A program made the position numbers and the translations under genes. DNA of 55,549 bases, the filler included, from Porpidia crustulata (taxonomy: Eukaryota): assembly GCA_964255105.1 (NCBI GenBank). It is 5 parts of 5 records of this genome, joined end to end, with 100 filler letters (N's around TTAATTAATTAA, not from the genome) between each part and the next. Parts side by side here need not be neighbours in the genome. Positions count along the whole stretch, not along the records: positions 22,285 to 33,313 come from CAXUWE010000707.1; positions 33,414 to 44,433 come from CAXUWE010000708.1; 3 more parts are not named here. One strand, given 5' to 3'. Within the stretch, counting starts at the first letter, position 1, and the number at the start of each line of letters is the position of its first letter. Shown one piece after another: positions 26,758 through 38,484 of the stretch. The notes below the pieces were generated by a model that did not search any database, had not been told where the DNA came from, and saw only the letters and a list, made by a program, of their open reading frames with translations.

Positions 26758-28158
26758 ATGGCACGAAGACGAGTCAAAAAGCGCACGCATGTCGGAGCCA
26801 ATAATGGGCCAACCAATGGCGTCAAGCCAAACTCTTTTGCCAACAGGGAACCTAAAAGCATGGTAATCCGAATTGGGGCAGGAGAGGTCGGGCCTAGTGT
26901 TAGCCAGCTGGTGAAGGATGTTCGAGGTATCATGGAGCCTGGTACAGCCAGTAGATTAAAGGTTCGCTCATAGCTCCATTGCACTGAGTACAAAAGCTAA
27001 CATATTCCTGTAATACAGGAACGAAAATCGAACAGACTACGGGATTATACTACAATGGCAGGCCCACTCGGAGTTTCCCATCTCCTCCTATTCTCGAGAT
27101 CCTCCACTGGGAATACCAATCTTCGCCTCGCGCTGACCCCTCGAGGTCCCACGCTTCACTTCCGCGTTGAGCAATATTCTCTCTGTAAAGATGTCCAAAG
27201 AGCAATGAGACATCCCCCGGGCGGAGGAAAGGAATACCTGACTGCTCCATTACTCGTTATGAACAACTTCGTGGCTCCTCCGCCACAAGACGGCTCAAAG
27301 TCTGTGGTTCCACAGCATCTTGAATCCCTTGTAACCACCATCTTCCAGTCCTTGTTTCCGCCAATATCACCTCAATCAACTCCCCTCTCCTCTATTCGCC
27401 GAGTCCTTCTCCTGAACCGCGAACTTCCCAAATCCTCATCCATATATTCCTCTGAAGATGATGGATCCTATACTCTCAACCTCCGTCACTATGCTATCAC
27501 TACAAAGCAAACTGGTCTCTCAAGTGGCATCCGCCGCCTCAATGCCGCAGAAAAACTGCTACGTGCACGCAAAACCAAGCGGGCTCTCCCGAACTTAGGG
27601 AAGTTAGAGGATGTTGCTGGATACCTCCTCGACCCCTCAGCTGCTACCGGTGGCTTTACCTCGGGCAGTGAGAGCGAAGTCGAAACAGATGCCGAGGTAG
27701 AGATACTGGAGACTAATGCCAAAAAGGTACTGAACAAGCAGCAAATGGCCGCTTTGCGTTGCGACAACTCGAAAAAAAGCTTATCGAGACAAGCACCTAG
27801 GGTAGAGAAGCGGGCAGTAAAGTTGATCGAGCTAGGGCCGAGAATAAAAATGCGAATGACAAAGGTAGAAGAGGGTGTCTGTGGGGGGAAAGTCATGTGG
27901 CATGAGTACATGAATAAGACTATGGAGGAAGTAAAGGAGATGGACCGGATTTGGGAGGCAAGGAGGAAACTGAGAAATGAAAGGAAACGGGTACAGAAGG
28001 AAAACATAGAAAGGAAGCAAAGTGCAGCTGGATTGGGGGGAAATGGCCAAGACGGGAAAGAGGTAGAGGAAGAGGGTGCAAGTTTGGAGAACGATGACGA
28101 GTGGGATAGTGAGGAATTGGAGGAGGATGAGGAGATGGAGGATGAAGCCGGTGCTTGA
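26758..28158 (+). CDS. SSF1: Brix-domain ribosome biogenesis protein Ssf1/Peter Pan
   Basis: PKSMVIRIG...MEPGTASRLK|ERKSNRLRDY, PRGPTLHFRV, LIELGPRIKM, acidic tail. Confidence 0.92.
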
Positions 28159-28605
28159 AGGGGCTCGGCGTCATCACCGACTGATATGTAGGATTTAATC
28201 TCTGTGTGTCACCTAATTCGAAGAACTTGACACGGCATAAATTTCAACTACTGACAATGCAACTTTAGGCAAGAAGTGTCTACTACAGAAGTCGAGCAAA
28301 AATGAATTTCACTTGATACAATCTCGTCTTACTATAACGACACTACCTCAGCGATCCTTTCCAATCCCAACTGCGTCGCAAAGACCCAAGCAATGCCTCC
28401 AATCAATAGGTCATGCTTTCCCAGTTGCCGCAACAAGAGACTAGACGCATATCGCAACTTTGAAGCCAAATACATATTTGCGCTTAATTGATTCACACGC
28501 GACTTCGATACGAAAGAAGAATTAACGCTGTCACGATACTACCTTCGTTCTCCTGAATTAAGTATCTTGCACGATGGTCGTCAAATAGTTAGAAAGATTT
28601 TCACT

Positions 28606-29283
28606 ATGATGGTTCCTCGTGGCTTTCTCTCGCCCGGCGCTTTCGACGTGGTGGCAATGATCATCACCAGCATCCTCTTGGTATCTCTGACTCCGACAAC
28701 GTCGGCAGAAGACCCATACCTCGAAGCCGGAAACCGCAAGCTTTGGTGTACCAACATCACCCCCTGGCTAACCCCTCACTTCAACAACGAAGACTGCCGC
28801 GAAGCCAACGTCAGATTCATTCTTACCGACTACGACCGCTACAAACGTCATCATTACGAGTTCCTCGACCTCTCCACACCCTCAATATCCCGCTACCCCC
28901 GCATGCGTACCCCCCGCCGCGGCCCTATTGGCCGCTGCACCGGCAGCATTGGCATGCGCTGGTGTTTCCCGGATCAGCCGCCCCTGCCATCTATCCCTGG
29001 ACAGCCTCAGGGTCCATTCACCAAGAGCGTGGTGTCGAGCTACGACGAGCTTTACGAGGTGGTGCAGCAGGTTTTCATAGGATGTGGTGGGACCAAAACA
29101 CCGCTAGGGTGGTTGGAGGCGGGCAAGGACAACAGTCTGGGGGTATTTTACCTGGCGACAGGGAGTGAAGTGGAGAGAAATATTCCGATTGGGGTTGGTG
29201 GCGGGGCGGTCGGGGACTATTTGAGGAATGTCACGGGGGGGTTTGTGACAGGAACTGGTGGCCCCCCAGTGGATTCCGCTTAA
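28606..29283 (+). CDS. Small secreted cysteine-containing hypothetical protein
   Basis: Intronless ORF with hydrophobic signal-like segment (VVAMIITSILLVSLTPTTSA), 5 Cys and biased codon usage. Confidence 0.65.
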   Translation: MMVPRGFLSPGAFDVVAMIITSILLVSLTPTTSAEDPYLEAGNRKLWCTNITPWLTPHFNNEDCREANVRFILTDYDRYKRHHYEFLDLSTPSISRYPRMRTPRRGPIGRCTGSIGMRWCFPDQPPLPSIPGQPQGPFTKSVVSSYDELYEVVQQVFIGCGGTKTPLGWLEAGKDNSLGVFYLATGSEVERNIPIGVGGGAVGDYLRNVTGGFVTGTGGPPVDSA

Positions 29284-29831
29284 GGTTGTGACTGGGGACG
29301 AGGACTGGATAGATGTCATGCTATCCAGATATTTCTCTAGATTGCTAGTCCCGATTCAAGGATCGAGATCCTTCGTCGAACTGCGCCACCACAATCAGAT
29401 TGCACGCACAGCCTTAATCAATCAGAGGTCAACGAGCAACATGTTCTACTACTAAAGCATGTGTGCATACTCAACAATGTGCACTAGGAGCATCCAAATA
29501 TTTATGAGCTTTTTTCGGACAGTGGGAACATTTGGGCGTGAAGAAACGGAACTCTGTTCGTAGATTCTCAAGCTATCAATTTGATGAACATGTTCTTGGC
29601 ATTCGAATGATACCAAATGTCCTTTCTAACATTCCAATACCATCATGCATCTCCGCGCTCATCCCAAGAGTTTCCCCAAACTATTAATGAAGATACCATT
29701 GGCACGGCCTAATTTCCATGCATGCAGTTGTACATGTCAGTTTGATGAGCGCTAACCGGCCCGAATCGGTTGATAATAGTGGCTATCAGAGACCGCGACC
29801 CAAATAGGACCAAAGCTTAGAGACCGTAAAT

Positions 29832-30988
29832 TCAAGGCGGAGGCAGATTCTTTAGATCTACTTTTCCGCTCTTGACCCACTCGGGATCAATGAGTTGCTT
29901 CTCAATCTCTGGGTAAATGAGCTTGTAGGCAGTGCGAATTGTTCCGTCACTCACACCAGCCTTCAAAGATATCTCCTTGGCATTTCGACCATCTTTGAGC
30001 AAGTGCGATGCAATATAGATGCATGCTGCTGCAACAGAAATTGGAGATCTTCCAGCGAGTGATCCGAGCTTTTCCATCTTCTCGGCAATTGCCTGCGCCA
30101 TCTTTGTACATTCGTAGGGCAAGTTGAGAAGGCTACAAAACCTCTCGCATAGATCTTTTGCACCGGTTGATTTGGTGGTATTGTATTTCTCGTTGGGGTT
30201 GACAGTCCCTTCGTTGCTCAGATTAGTACCAAACTGAGGGGAGTGGAGTAACATAAACGATTCAACTCACCACCAGACTGCAACAGGCTCTCCATCTTCT
30301 CCTTATTCTGCTTTGCGAAAAACTTCTCTAGAGATTTGAAGACCCTCCCAATCTCTGCTTTAGGTACTTTCGTCAAAGCATAGATTTCTCGGAAGGTTCT
30401 ACCTAAATTGCACTGGCGGCAGGCAATAAAAATTACACCCGCGATAATGGTTTCTTGTGACTTTCCTTTGAATGCCCCAGCATCGTTGACCATCTTGAAT
30501 AGATGTTTTGCGATGTCGGAAACGTTCTTCATCAGGTGCAACGCATCACATAACGCACCGATCTCTTTATAAGCTGCCAAGAGCGCTTTGGTGGATTTGT
30601 CATGCGTCGACTTGTTTTGGGCTCGATGCAAGTCACGGCTTTTGTGGTTTGATGCGCCATCGCCAAAGGAGATGTTGGTCTGCAATTGAGACCCATTCAG
30701 AAGCGTATTAGGGCCGTCTCCAACACGAGAAGGATCATCTCCTCCCTGATCGTCATTCGAAAAGGTGCGCCATTCCGAGCGTGTATCAACAATTCTATCC
30801 CCTAACACTAGTCCGCAAGTCCCGCAGACCATATCGCCTGACGAGAATTCCTCAACGAGATTTGGAGGATATTCGTTGCAGTCTCGACACAACATCTGCT
30901 GACTCAGATTCTGTCTCCAAGGTTCCTGGGCCTTAGTAGCGGCGATTGGGCCTGCAGACACAACGGTCTGAGTTGGGGCCGTTGCCAT
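29832..30988 (-). CDS. SUA7: Transcription initiation factor TFIIB
   Basis: Zinc ribbon CRDC...CGTC, B-reader DTRSEWRTFSND, two cyclin folds (GRSPISVAAACIY, GVSDGTIR); one intron. Confidence 0.95.
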
Positions 30989-31809
30989 TTTTGCGGCTAA
31001 CTTATGCTGTTCAAATCGCTGTTTTGACCTCTTCTTGACACCTTTCGTAGTCACCAGAAGGCTTGAATTGGCGGCGCAGCAGCGTATGAAAAGTGGGGAA
31101 TACAGTTTGACGGCTTGAGGTGTTTCCGAAGGCGCAGGTATATCTACCTATTGCGACCCCGAGTCTGCAATTTTGCAGACGCAGCTGCGTATCGCCGTCA
31201 AACTGATATTGCTAAATAGCTTGACATATCAGCTAGGCCTGATAGAAAGTGGCAGCGCCCAGTAGTGTGAAGTACAACAGGTGTACATAAATGACCTCTG
31301 CCAGCGTGAACAGGGGTGTGACGAACAATACCAATGAGCGTACGCAGAGCAACCTATAATACCTAACAAGAGTATTCCCTTGAGAGGTTCAGCGATCGTT
31401 CCATACACTCACAGCGATAACAGCCGCTGACTTATGAGTTGGTGCGATATGCTGGAATAGTGCAGATTTGCGCAGTAAAATGATAAAGAGCGTCGCAATG
31501 GAGGCGATATGTGTGAAAGTGGGAGTTTCTGCTGGCTGCTTTCCGGCGACAAAAACCAGTGAAGGCGTGAGTATCCGAGCAAGTCAGATTCCCAAAGATG
31601 TTCGAGGAAGCAGAGATTCACGCCCTTACGAGAGCTGACTAGCAACTTCGATGGATGTATTGGTAATGGGCGTGTGAACCATGATCCAGCAGAGGTGGTG
31701 AAGGTGGAGGATAGTGAGTGTTTCAAGAGGTGAAGTTCATTTCGTATGGAAGGTGGCAGAGGCGAGCGTCCAGTTGACTCAGCATTCCATCCTAAAATAG
31801 ATACGTAGT

Positions 31810-32056
31810 CACGTGCCAGGCAAATTAATCCATACCGCAAACGCTGATCCCCCGCCCACACCACCAAATTTACTACTACATTTTCAGAGATATATAATAA
31901 TCTTGTTGATTGAATGATAAGTGATTTTACTCTCGTCAACAACAACAACATCTGTAAGTCGTTTGGGAATTATTACACCTAAAAATGCAGTAGTAAATTT
32001 GGTAGTGTTGGCGGGGGATCAGCGTTTGCGGTATGGATTAATTTGCCTGGCACGTG
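31810..32056. mobile_element. MITE (247 bp) with ~75-bp terminal inverted repeats and 5-bp target-site duplication GTAGT
   Basis: 31810-31884 is the reverse complement of 31982-32056 with 3 mismatches (outer 47 bp perfect). GTAGT directly flanks both ends (31805-31809 and 32057-32061). Confidence 0.88.
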
Positions 32057-32167
32057 GTAGTGAGGCACCATGTGCCAGGCTAGTCAAATTAGTATCGTTC
32101 AAGCACTTAGGTACCTTTTCCAGTCTCATTTCTTCTGTAACAAGGCGTCACAGTCTTCGCTACTAAC

Positions 32168-32643
32168 ATGATTCGATCCTTCAAAGCTACAGTAAGTCTA
32201 ATTGACCCATATACAGCTTCAGTATGTTGATATACGAAAGGGCAACATGCTGGCCCGGGTGAGCCGCCAGCAGACACGCATCCAGCAAAGAACCTTTGTG
32301 GCACCTACCACAGCTCTACGAGGTGAGGAGATCTGAAGCTATAGAAAACGAAACATTCAATAATTTCAATACAGTCGACCTTGTCCAAGATTTATACCTT
32401 CGAGAGCTCAAATCATACAAACCAACCCCAACCAAGGCTTCTGACTCCGAAGGGCACGTTCAAAAGTTCTCACCACCCAAAGCGCCAAAGTCACCAGACG
32501 AGGTCGACATTGCCAGTGAATTGAAGGCTTACGAGAATCAGCAAGTGGAAGTAGAAGGTCAAGCTGCCGCAGGAGAGGCCAGCGTGACGCAGGACGAGGA
32601 TTGGTTTGAGGAAGAGGAGGAGGATGTACACGCATCTCATTAG
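32168..32643 (+). CDS. ATP14: Mitochondrial ATP synthase subunit h (3 exons)
   Basis: MIRSFKAT|GNMLARVSRQQ...RTFVAPTTALR|VDLVQDLYLRELKSYKP...HVQKFSPPKAP...DEDWF. Confidence 0.9.
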
Positions 32644-33313
32644 ACTCTGCACTCATTAACGATGTATATTTGTATACTATGAGTAACATCAAGCCTATCA
32701 TCTCGTGAATTGCCCTCCATCCTGGCCAGATGAGAGTGGAGCCCATCACTGAACGTTTTTTTTTTTTCACTTCTGGTGTTTGAACGACTCCTTCACCATT
32801 ATGTAGATAATCACATATGTCCAGTCTGGCTAGTTGGTAGCTCAAAAGGACTGCTTTCGCAACATCGTTGCACTGCTTTGATACGAAGCTTACCAGACTT
32901 TGCTAATTTCTAGTTCTCTACTTAAGCGTTCGTGGAAATCTACTGGTTGGCGAATTCTCTTCAATAAAGAAAGGTTTCCTGCTGCAGAATATGTTTGGTC
33001 GTTCTTGAAGAAAGGTAAGATGTAGAACCAAGTTTTCCAGATAGGAAAATGGGCTCAGACGCCAGGTAATTCATAGGATCGATGCTTCAAAGGGGAGTGT
33101 CTCAAGTGGCTGTGAAAGATCTCCGATCGGGTCTGGCAAACCCTATAACAACTTCGGTAGCAATCAATCATCTTAATTCGCTAATTTACATCACAGTGTA
33201 AATGCACCAAAGGATACCTAATGGTGATCTATAAGATGATCAGGTCTAAGAACTCCTAACTATCGCTGTGTGCAAATTGGTATGGCCGATTTTTGAATTT
33301 AGCGAAAACGAAA

Positions 33314-33413
33314 NNNNNNNNNNNNNNNNNNNNNNNNNNNNNNNNNNNNNNNNNNNNTTAATTAATTAANNNNNNNNNNNNNNNNNNNNNNNNNNNNNNN
33401 NNNNNNNNNNNNN
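33314..33413. other. Synthetic contig linker
   Basis: N44-TTAATTAATTAA-N44. Confidence 0.98.
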
Positions 33414-33429
33414 GTTTGTGGGCTTCTAA

Positions 33430-34960
33430 ACATGGGCGTTTTAGACAGCAGTCTAGGCAGCCCTCATACATACCCGAGATACGAAAAGTACCGGTCAATG
33501 CCGTTAGGCTGATTATCATACGCATCTTAGATGCTAGGAAATAACCAGGTGAGAAAGACCTCGTAAAAACGGGTTTTCACAAACCATCCGCGTAGTATGT
33601 GCATAGATGAATTACCGCTTCCGGTACTCGTTCCCACCCCTCAAGGGAATACACCCCTTGATGTTCCAATCGACAGGCTTAAAGTTGGGGAATTTTCTTC
33701 GACAAATATTGCAGAAATTATCCTTCACAATGTAGAGGTGATCTTGAACTGTGTATTCAGGGTGCTTATCGAAGCACTTATATTGATGACACCGGGTGCA
33801 CTTGACTGCAACCTGCAATCTATTCCCTTGTGACGCGTTGGCGGGCCTCGTTAAGTGCGAATATTGAAAATCCCTCCTGTAGGCGTTAAGACGCTTATCA
33901 GATCAATCAGATATTGGCTCGTGATTATCATCAGCGACGACGACAAGATATCTCTTGCTGACGGTTTCCTTAAAATGCTTTCTTCAAGTATTCGGGTTCA
34001 TTTTCTTGGCCTGTCGTGCTGATTCTAAACGAAGCCTGCAAATTTCTGGATCATTAATTAATGAGGGATAGTTGTTAAGTGCTTGTGCTCTACGTTCATC
34101 ATCTTGCATGATTTTCAATATCGCCTGAATCAAGGTGAGTTCACTCGCTGTAAGTTGTTACGGCCATACCCACCATATCTAGTAGTATTGGACCAAGTCT
34201 TCCAACTTGAGTGTCTGCGTCGACGAACTATCCTTATAGTCTCGATTACGGAGATAGCTTTCTAAGGTTTTCGGAAGTTCTTTATCTTTTGTGTATTGCC
34301 TTTAACCTCGAGGACGCGCTTCAATGTGATAGTCGTGAGCGCATTTTCATGACAAGCTTCCGGTAGTATTCCTCGATCAGGGGGTTCTGAGAATCTTTCA
34401 GGGTTCTCAAGTTTTCCTCGATATGTCTTCGAGCAGCGATACCGCTTCAGTTCTGAAACAATGACGATACAGCATTGAGATGCGCGTTCGAATAAATAAT
34501 TTTAATATCATTTGACAAGTATCGCTCCAACGTCGCTGCAGGTAGGGTCTGAAGGATAAGGAAGCTAAGTTTCTCAAGGATATTAAGATGTATAGCATAT
34601 CGGGATCTGCTTCAAGAAGCGTCGTTGAAAAATGACCATAAAAAATGGTCCGGAGTGGCCGATTGCAAGCATCCATAATGTCATATTGCAGTGTTGAATA
34701 GCGCTTACGATGGTCGGGATCACCGTGTTGCTCCAAGCGTGTCCTCAGATTAAGAGCCTGTCCAATGTAGAGTCGAAAGAATTCGGGATCATCACCATCA
34801 CCAGAGCTCATGAATAGTCGATATGATTAATCACAATGTATCTTACCTGTGCAGTAGCTTGTAGTGATGATCAGGTCTGCAAGGCTAGTTTCTAATATCT
34901 ATTGAGTCTAGCCATATTAGGCAGTTTTGTCATCTTCTCAGTCGTTACTTCTTGCTTCAC
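33430..34960 (-). pseudogene. Degenerate GIY-YIG nuclease-like ORF with C-terminal CxxC...CxxC zinc motif
   Basis: SYRLF...RLYIGQALNLRTRLEQH; frameshifted LNILEKL...LQTLP...HLNAVSSLFQ; distal VKCTRC...DKHPEY...FCNIC. Multiple stops and frameshifts; boundaries approximate. Confidence 0.65.
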
Positions 34961-35047
34961 AACATAGTTTAAAGTAAAGAAGAGGGAAAATCATTCATCA
35001 CTCTCAATATAGTGATACCTGCTATCTACCTTCATCAAAAACTTTAA

Positions 35048-35167
35048 TGAGAAGGGTGGGACTCGAACCCACGCGACTTTCGTCAGATGTTGGTAGCATT
35101 CTGTTAATCTTCAGATCGTAAGTATTGAAACTTGAGACATCCGCCATAACCACTCGGCCACCTTCCC
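35048..35167 (-). tRNA. tRNA-Leu(CAA) with 39-nt intron (35092-35130)
   Basis: Acceptor stem GGGAAGG/CCTTCTC-A; D arm GCCGAGTGGTTATGGC; anticodon stem GATGT/ACATC with CT-CAA-G; long variable arm GAC-GAAA-GTC; T arm GTGGGTTCGAGTCCCAC; T5 terminator just downstream. Confidence 0.95.
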
Positions 35168-36008
35168 CTCCGCAAAACTACTTTTAGATAATTTATAAAT
35201 CTAATTTCAACGCGGAATCGAAGTGAGAAGACCTTTTAAACCGGCATTGGGACCATCCCGAATCGGACTCGTTCTCACCTGCACACACACTAAGGTATCC
35301 GCGTCTGCAGTAGAGCACACTAGTTATTGGCTAGCAGATCTTGACAATCTCTTATCTCTTACTAGACATTTCTTTGAAAGGTCAGCGATAACGTCTTTTA
35401 CTAACCAGGCAGCTTCTGGTGGAAAAAGCATGGCAGGAACGAGTCGCAATCCTCTTAGTAAGACGGTGAAGCGGGCAGATGATAGCTCGTCTTATCTGGA
35501 CTGCTTACCTACCTTCCTGGACACACAACAGCCAATTCCTAAGTCTCTCCCCCGGCATCACCACATGGATTCAAGTGGCTATCACGGTTGTTAGAACCCC
35601 GCAACCTGGTTCTTGGAACTCTCTTTTGCGATTCTAATATCATCGTTACTTAGCTTTAGCTTTGTTCATGGTAGTACCATCCTACCGGGATCCCCAAGTT
35701 ATGTCGTTGAAACCTTGTCCTGGAGCCCATGCGACTCCACATCCACCTCGTCATTGCGGGATGCAATATGGCAGCATGGATGTTCTTCATTCAATCAATA
35801 ATTGAGGGGAATCCACTAATTTGGTCTTCAATTGTTATCTTCATTGCTGTCCTGTCTCCTAGCAGTAAAGCTAATCCTAAAGAAGCAGCTGAGAAGAGCT
35901 CCAACATCGGCGTTCAGGTACTGAGCATTGCTATATATACCGCACTGCTGTTGACAATGGACTGTTTGGAAGCCTGCCAATCTGCAGATAATCTGGAGAG
36001 ACCTCAAA

Positions 36009-37950
36009 ATGTTGTTAATGATTATCTCAAAGCTTGTACTCCTTGCCTTCTTCTCAAACATTTTCTTCGGGTCGAGCAACGCCAAAAGGTCCTCAGATGA
36101 TCGAGGCGACGATGCTAGGTCTGCTCAATGCACCACAAATACAGGTATCATAGGCTTCTAATCCGACCGAGAGCCTTGAACTGAGCACATGACAGTCAAG
36201 GGCAAAGTTTTCCCGACTCTGATTGATGTGACGACTGAAGACTTGGCCTATGGATTGGAGACAGGCCTTTTTACCAGTGTCGATCTTGTGACTGTATGTA
36301 TTTATCAAGAGTTGCACGGCTTTGGCAGATTTGATTAATCGTATTTCAGGTTTATATCGACCGCATCAATGAGGTTAACTCGACCCTACACATGGTTGAA
36401 GAGATCAACCCAGATGCTCTAGCTATTGCGGCTCAGTTAGACATGGAAAGGAAGCAGGGAAAACTCCGAGGGTCTGTGACTTGGGACCTCCCGAGGACTT
36501 TATCCTAATTTCCCACAGTCCATTACACGGCATACCCATCCTCATCAAAGCCAACATTGGAACAGCTGATAAAATGAGCACAACTGGTAAACTTCGCATC
36601 CTGAAGCTTCTTGGTTCTGGCTGATGTCCTTAGCTGGATCGTTTTCATTGTACGGTGCAAAGATTCCTCGTGATTCCACTTTGGCATCAAAGCTTCGACA
36701 AGCCGGAGTGGTCATCCTGGGCAAAACGAACTTGTCCCAGTGGGCAAATTATAGGTCTTCAAACACTTCCAATGGATGGAGCGCTTATGGCGACCAAACT
36801 TATGGTGCATATACACCACTTCAAGACCCTAGTGGGAGTTCCAGTGGAAGTGGTGTCTCGTCCTCTATTGGCTTGGCGCTCGCTAGTCTTGGCTCCGAGG
36901 TAGGTCGCAGCACATGGCCATCTTGAATCTTACTAAATTTCCCAGACAAGCGGAAGTATCCTCAGTCCCAGCAACGTCAACAACCTCGTGGGCATCAAGC
37001 CCACCGTAGGACTTACCTCGCGTGCTCTTGTGATACCCATCAGTGAGCATCAAGATACAGTAGGGCCAATGGCTCGTACGGTCAAAGACGCTGCCTATCT
37101 TCTCCAAACCATTGCCGGAAAAGATGCAGCGGACAATTACACCTCCGCCATCCCCTTCGATAAGATCCCAGATTATGTTGCCGCTTGTAAATTCTCGGCC
37201 CTCCGCGGCAAACGCATCGGTATCCCTCGAAATGTCATCACCCCCAGCAATACCTCCGGCCCTGTTCTCGCCGCTTTCGCCAATTCAATTAACATTCTTA
37301 AAGCTGCGGGCGCCACAATAGTAGATAATACCAACTTCACCGCTTATGCAGCCTTTAGGGCTAGCAACACATCATCCATCGTACTCGATGCCGATTTCAT
37401 TGTTGACCTCAAGAAGTATCTCGATCAATTGACTTACAATCCAAACAACGTCCATTCCCTGGCTGATGTCTCAAACTTTACGCACAACTTTCCGCAAGAG
37501 GACTATCCGGATAGAAACACTAAGATCTGGGATACTACCCTTGCACTTGGCTTCGACAATACTTCTCCTCAGTTCTGGGCCGCCTACCAACAAAATCTCT
37601 ACTATGGAGGCCCTGGAGGCGTCTTTGGTGCTCTAGCAAATTACTCCCTTGACGCCCTCATCCTACCTACTGCGTACTCCCCTGGAGTACCAGCTATCAT
37701 AGGATCTCCCGTCATCACGGTACCCATGGGGTTTTATCCCGCAAATCAAACAGTGGTGAAGAATGCGAGAGGAAATTTAGTGGCCGTGGCGCCGAATGTC
37801 CCCTTTGGACTGAGCTTTTTGGGGGCCAAGTGGAGTGAGGCGGATTTGATTGGGTATGCTTACGCGTATGAGCAGAGAACGTTTGTGAGGAATAGGGTGC
37901 AGCCGTATATTGTCAGCAATACCGAGCTGGGGAACGTAGTTGGATTTTAG
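36009..37950 (+). CDS. Secreted amidase-signature family protein (multi-exon)
   Basis: Signal peptide MLLMIISKLVLLAFFS; LHGIPILIK, GKTNLSQWA, PSGSSSGSG, GSE|TSGSILSPS, GIKPTVGLTSR, QDTVGPMAR. Confidence 0.9.
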
Positions 37951-38484
37951 AAGGCGTTGTTCGAGCGCAGGAAGGAATGCGGGAACCATGATGGGAGAGA
38001 AGGGAGACCAGAGATGCAGTCTCAGAGATGCCGCTGGATGTACATAAAAGAGAAAAGTGTCGAAGAGGTACCCAAGTCTGTACATATAGATCAGAGTACA
38101 AGTCATCATGCAAAGATTACGTGTGTGAGAATCTAGCTTGCTAGCGTACAGGTTTATGAAATAAAAGTGTTCAAATCGAGTCATCAGACTCCGCCTGATC
38201 GGTGATTTTGAGATTGACTGAAACGAAGTGAAAAATACGAGCTACTCTTAGGTAATTTCCACTCCTACGCCAGCACTTACTTTGAGTGTTGGAGTGACGA
38301 CGATCGCTTCAATAAAGTGAAGTAAAATACCTACTTTCCGCTGATATTACCGAGACATTGCGTCATCGGCAACGAGGAGTAGGATTGCGGCCTTACTTAT
38401 CGACCGTCAAGATTGTACGTTCGTCTTGCCAAGAGCCTGCACCGACAGAATCATACTCCAAGTCGACATTTCAAGCAACTCGAA

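Noticed and set aside
31409..32166. Two opposite-strand ORFs sharing VVNLVV.AGDQRLRYGLICLAR
   Set aside because: These are translations of the two MITE TIRs, not duplicated genes
32802..32809. Puf3-like TGTAGATA in the ATP14 3' region
   Set aside because: Single 8-mer, 3' UTR extent unknown; cannot be supported without conservation data
33192..33198. RSS-like heptamer CACAGTG near the end of contig 3
   Set aside because: A single 7-mer with no partner TIR, nonamer or target duplication visible; expected by chance in 55 kb
35613..36100. Hydrophobic short ORFs upstream of the amidase
   Set aside because: No recognisable family; the 3' part overlaps the amidase signal-peptide exon in another frame
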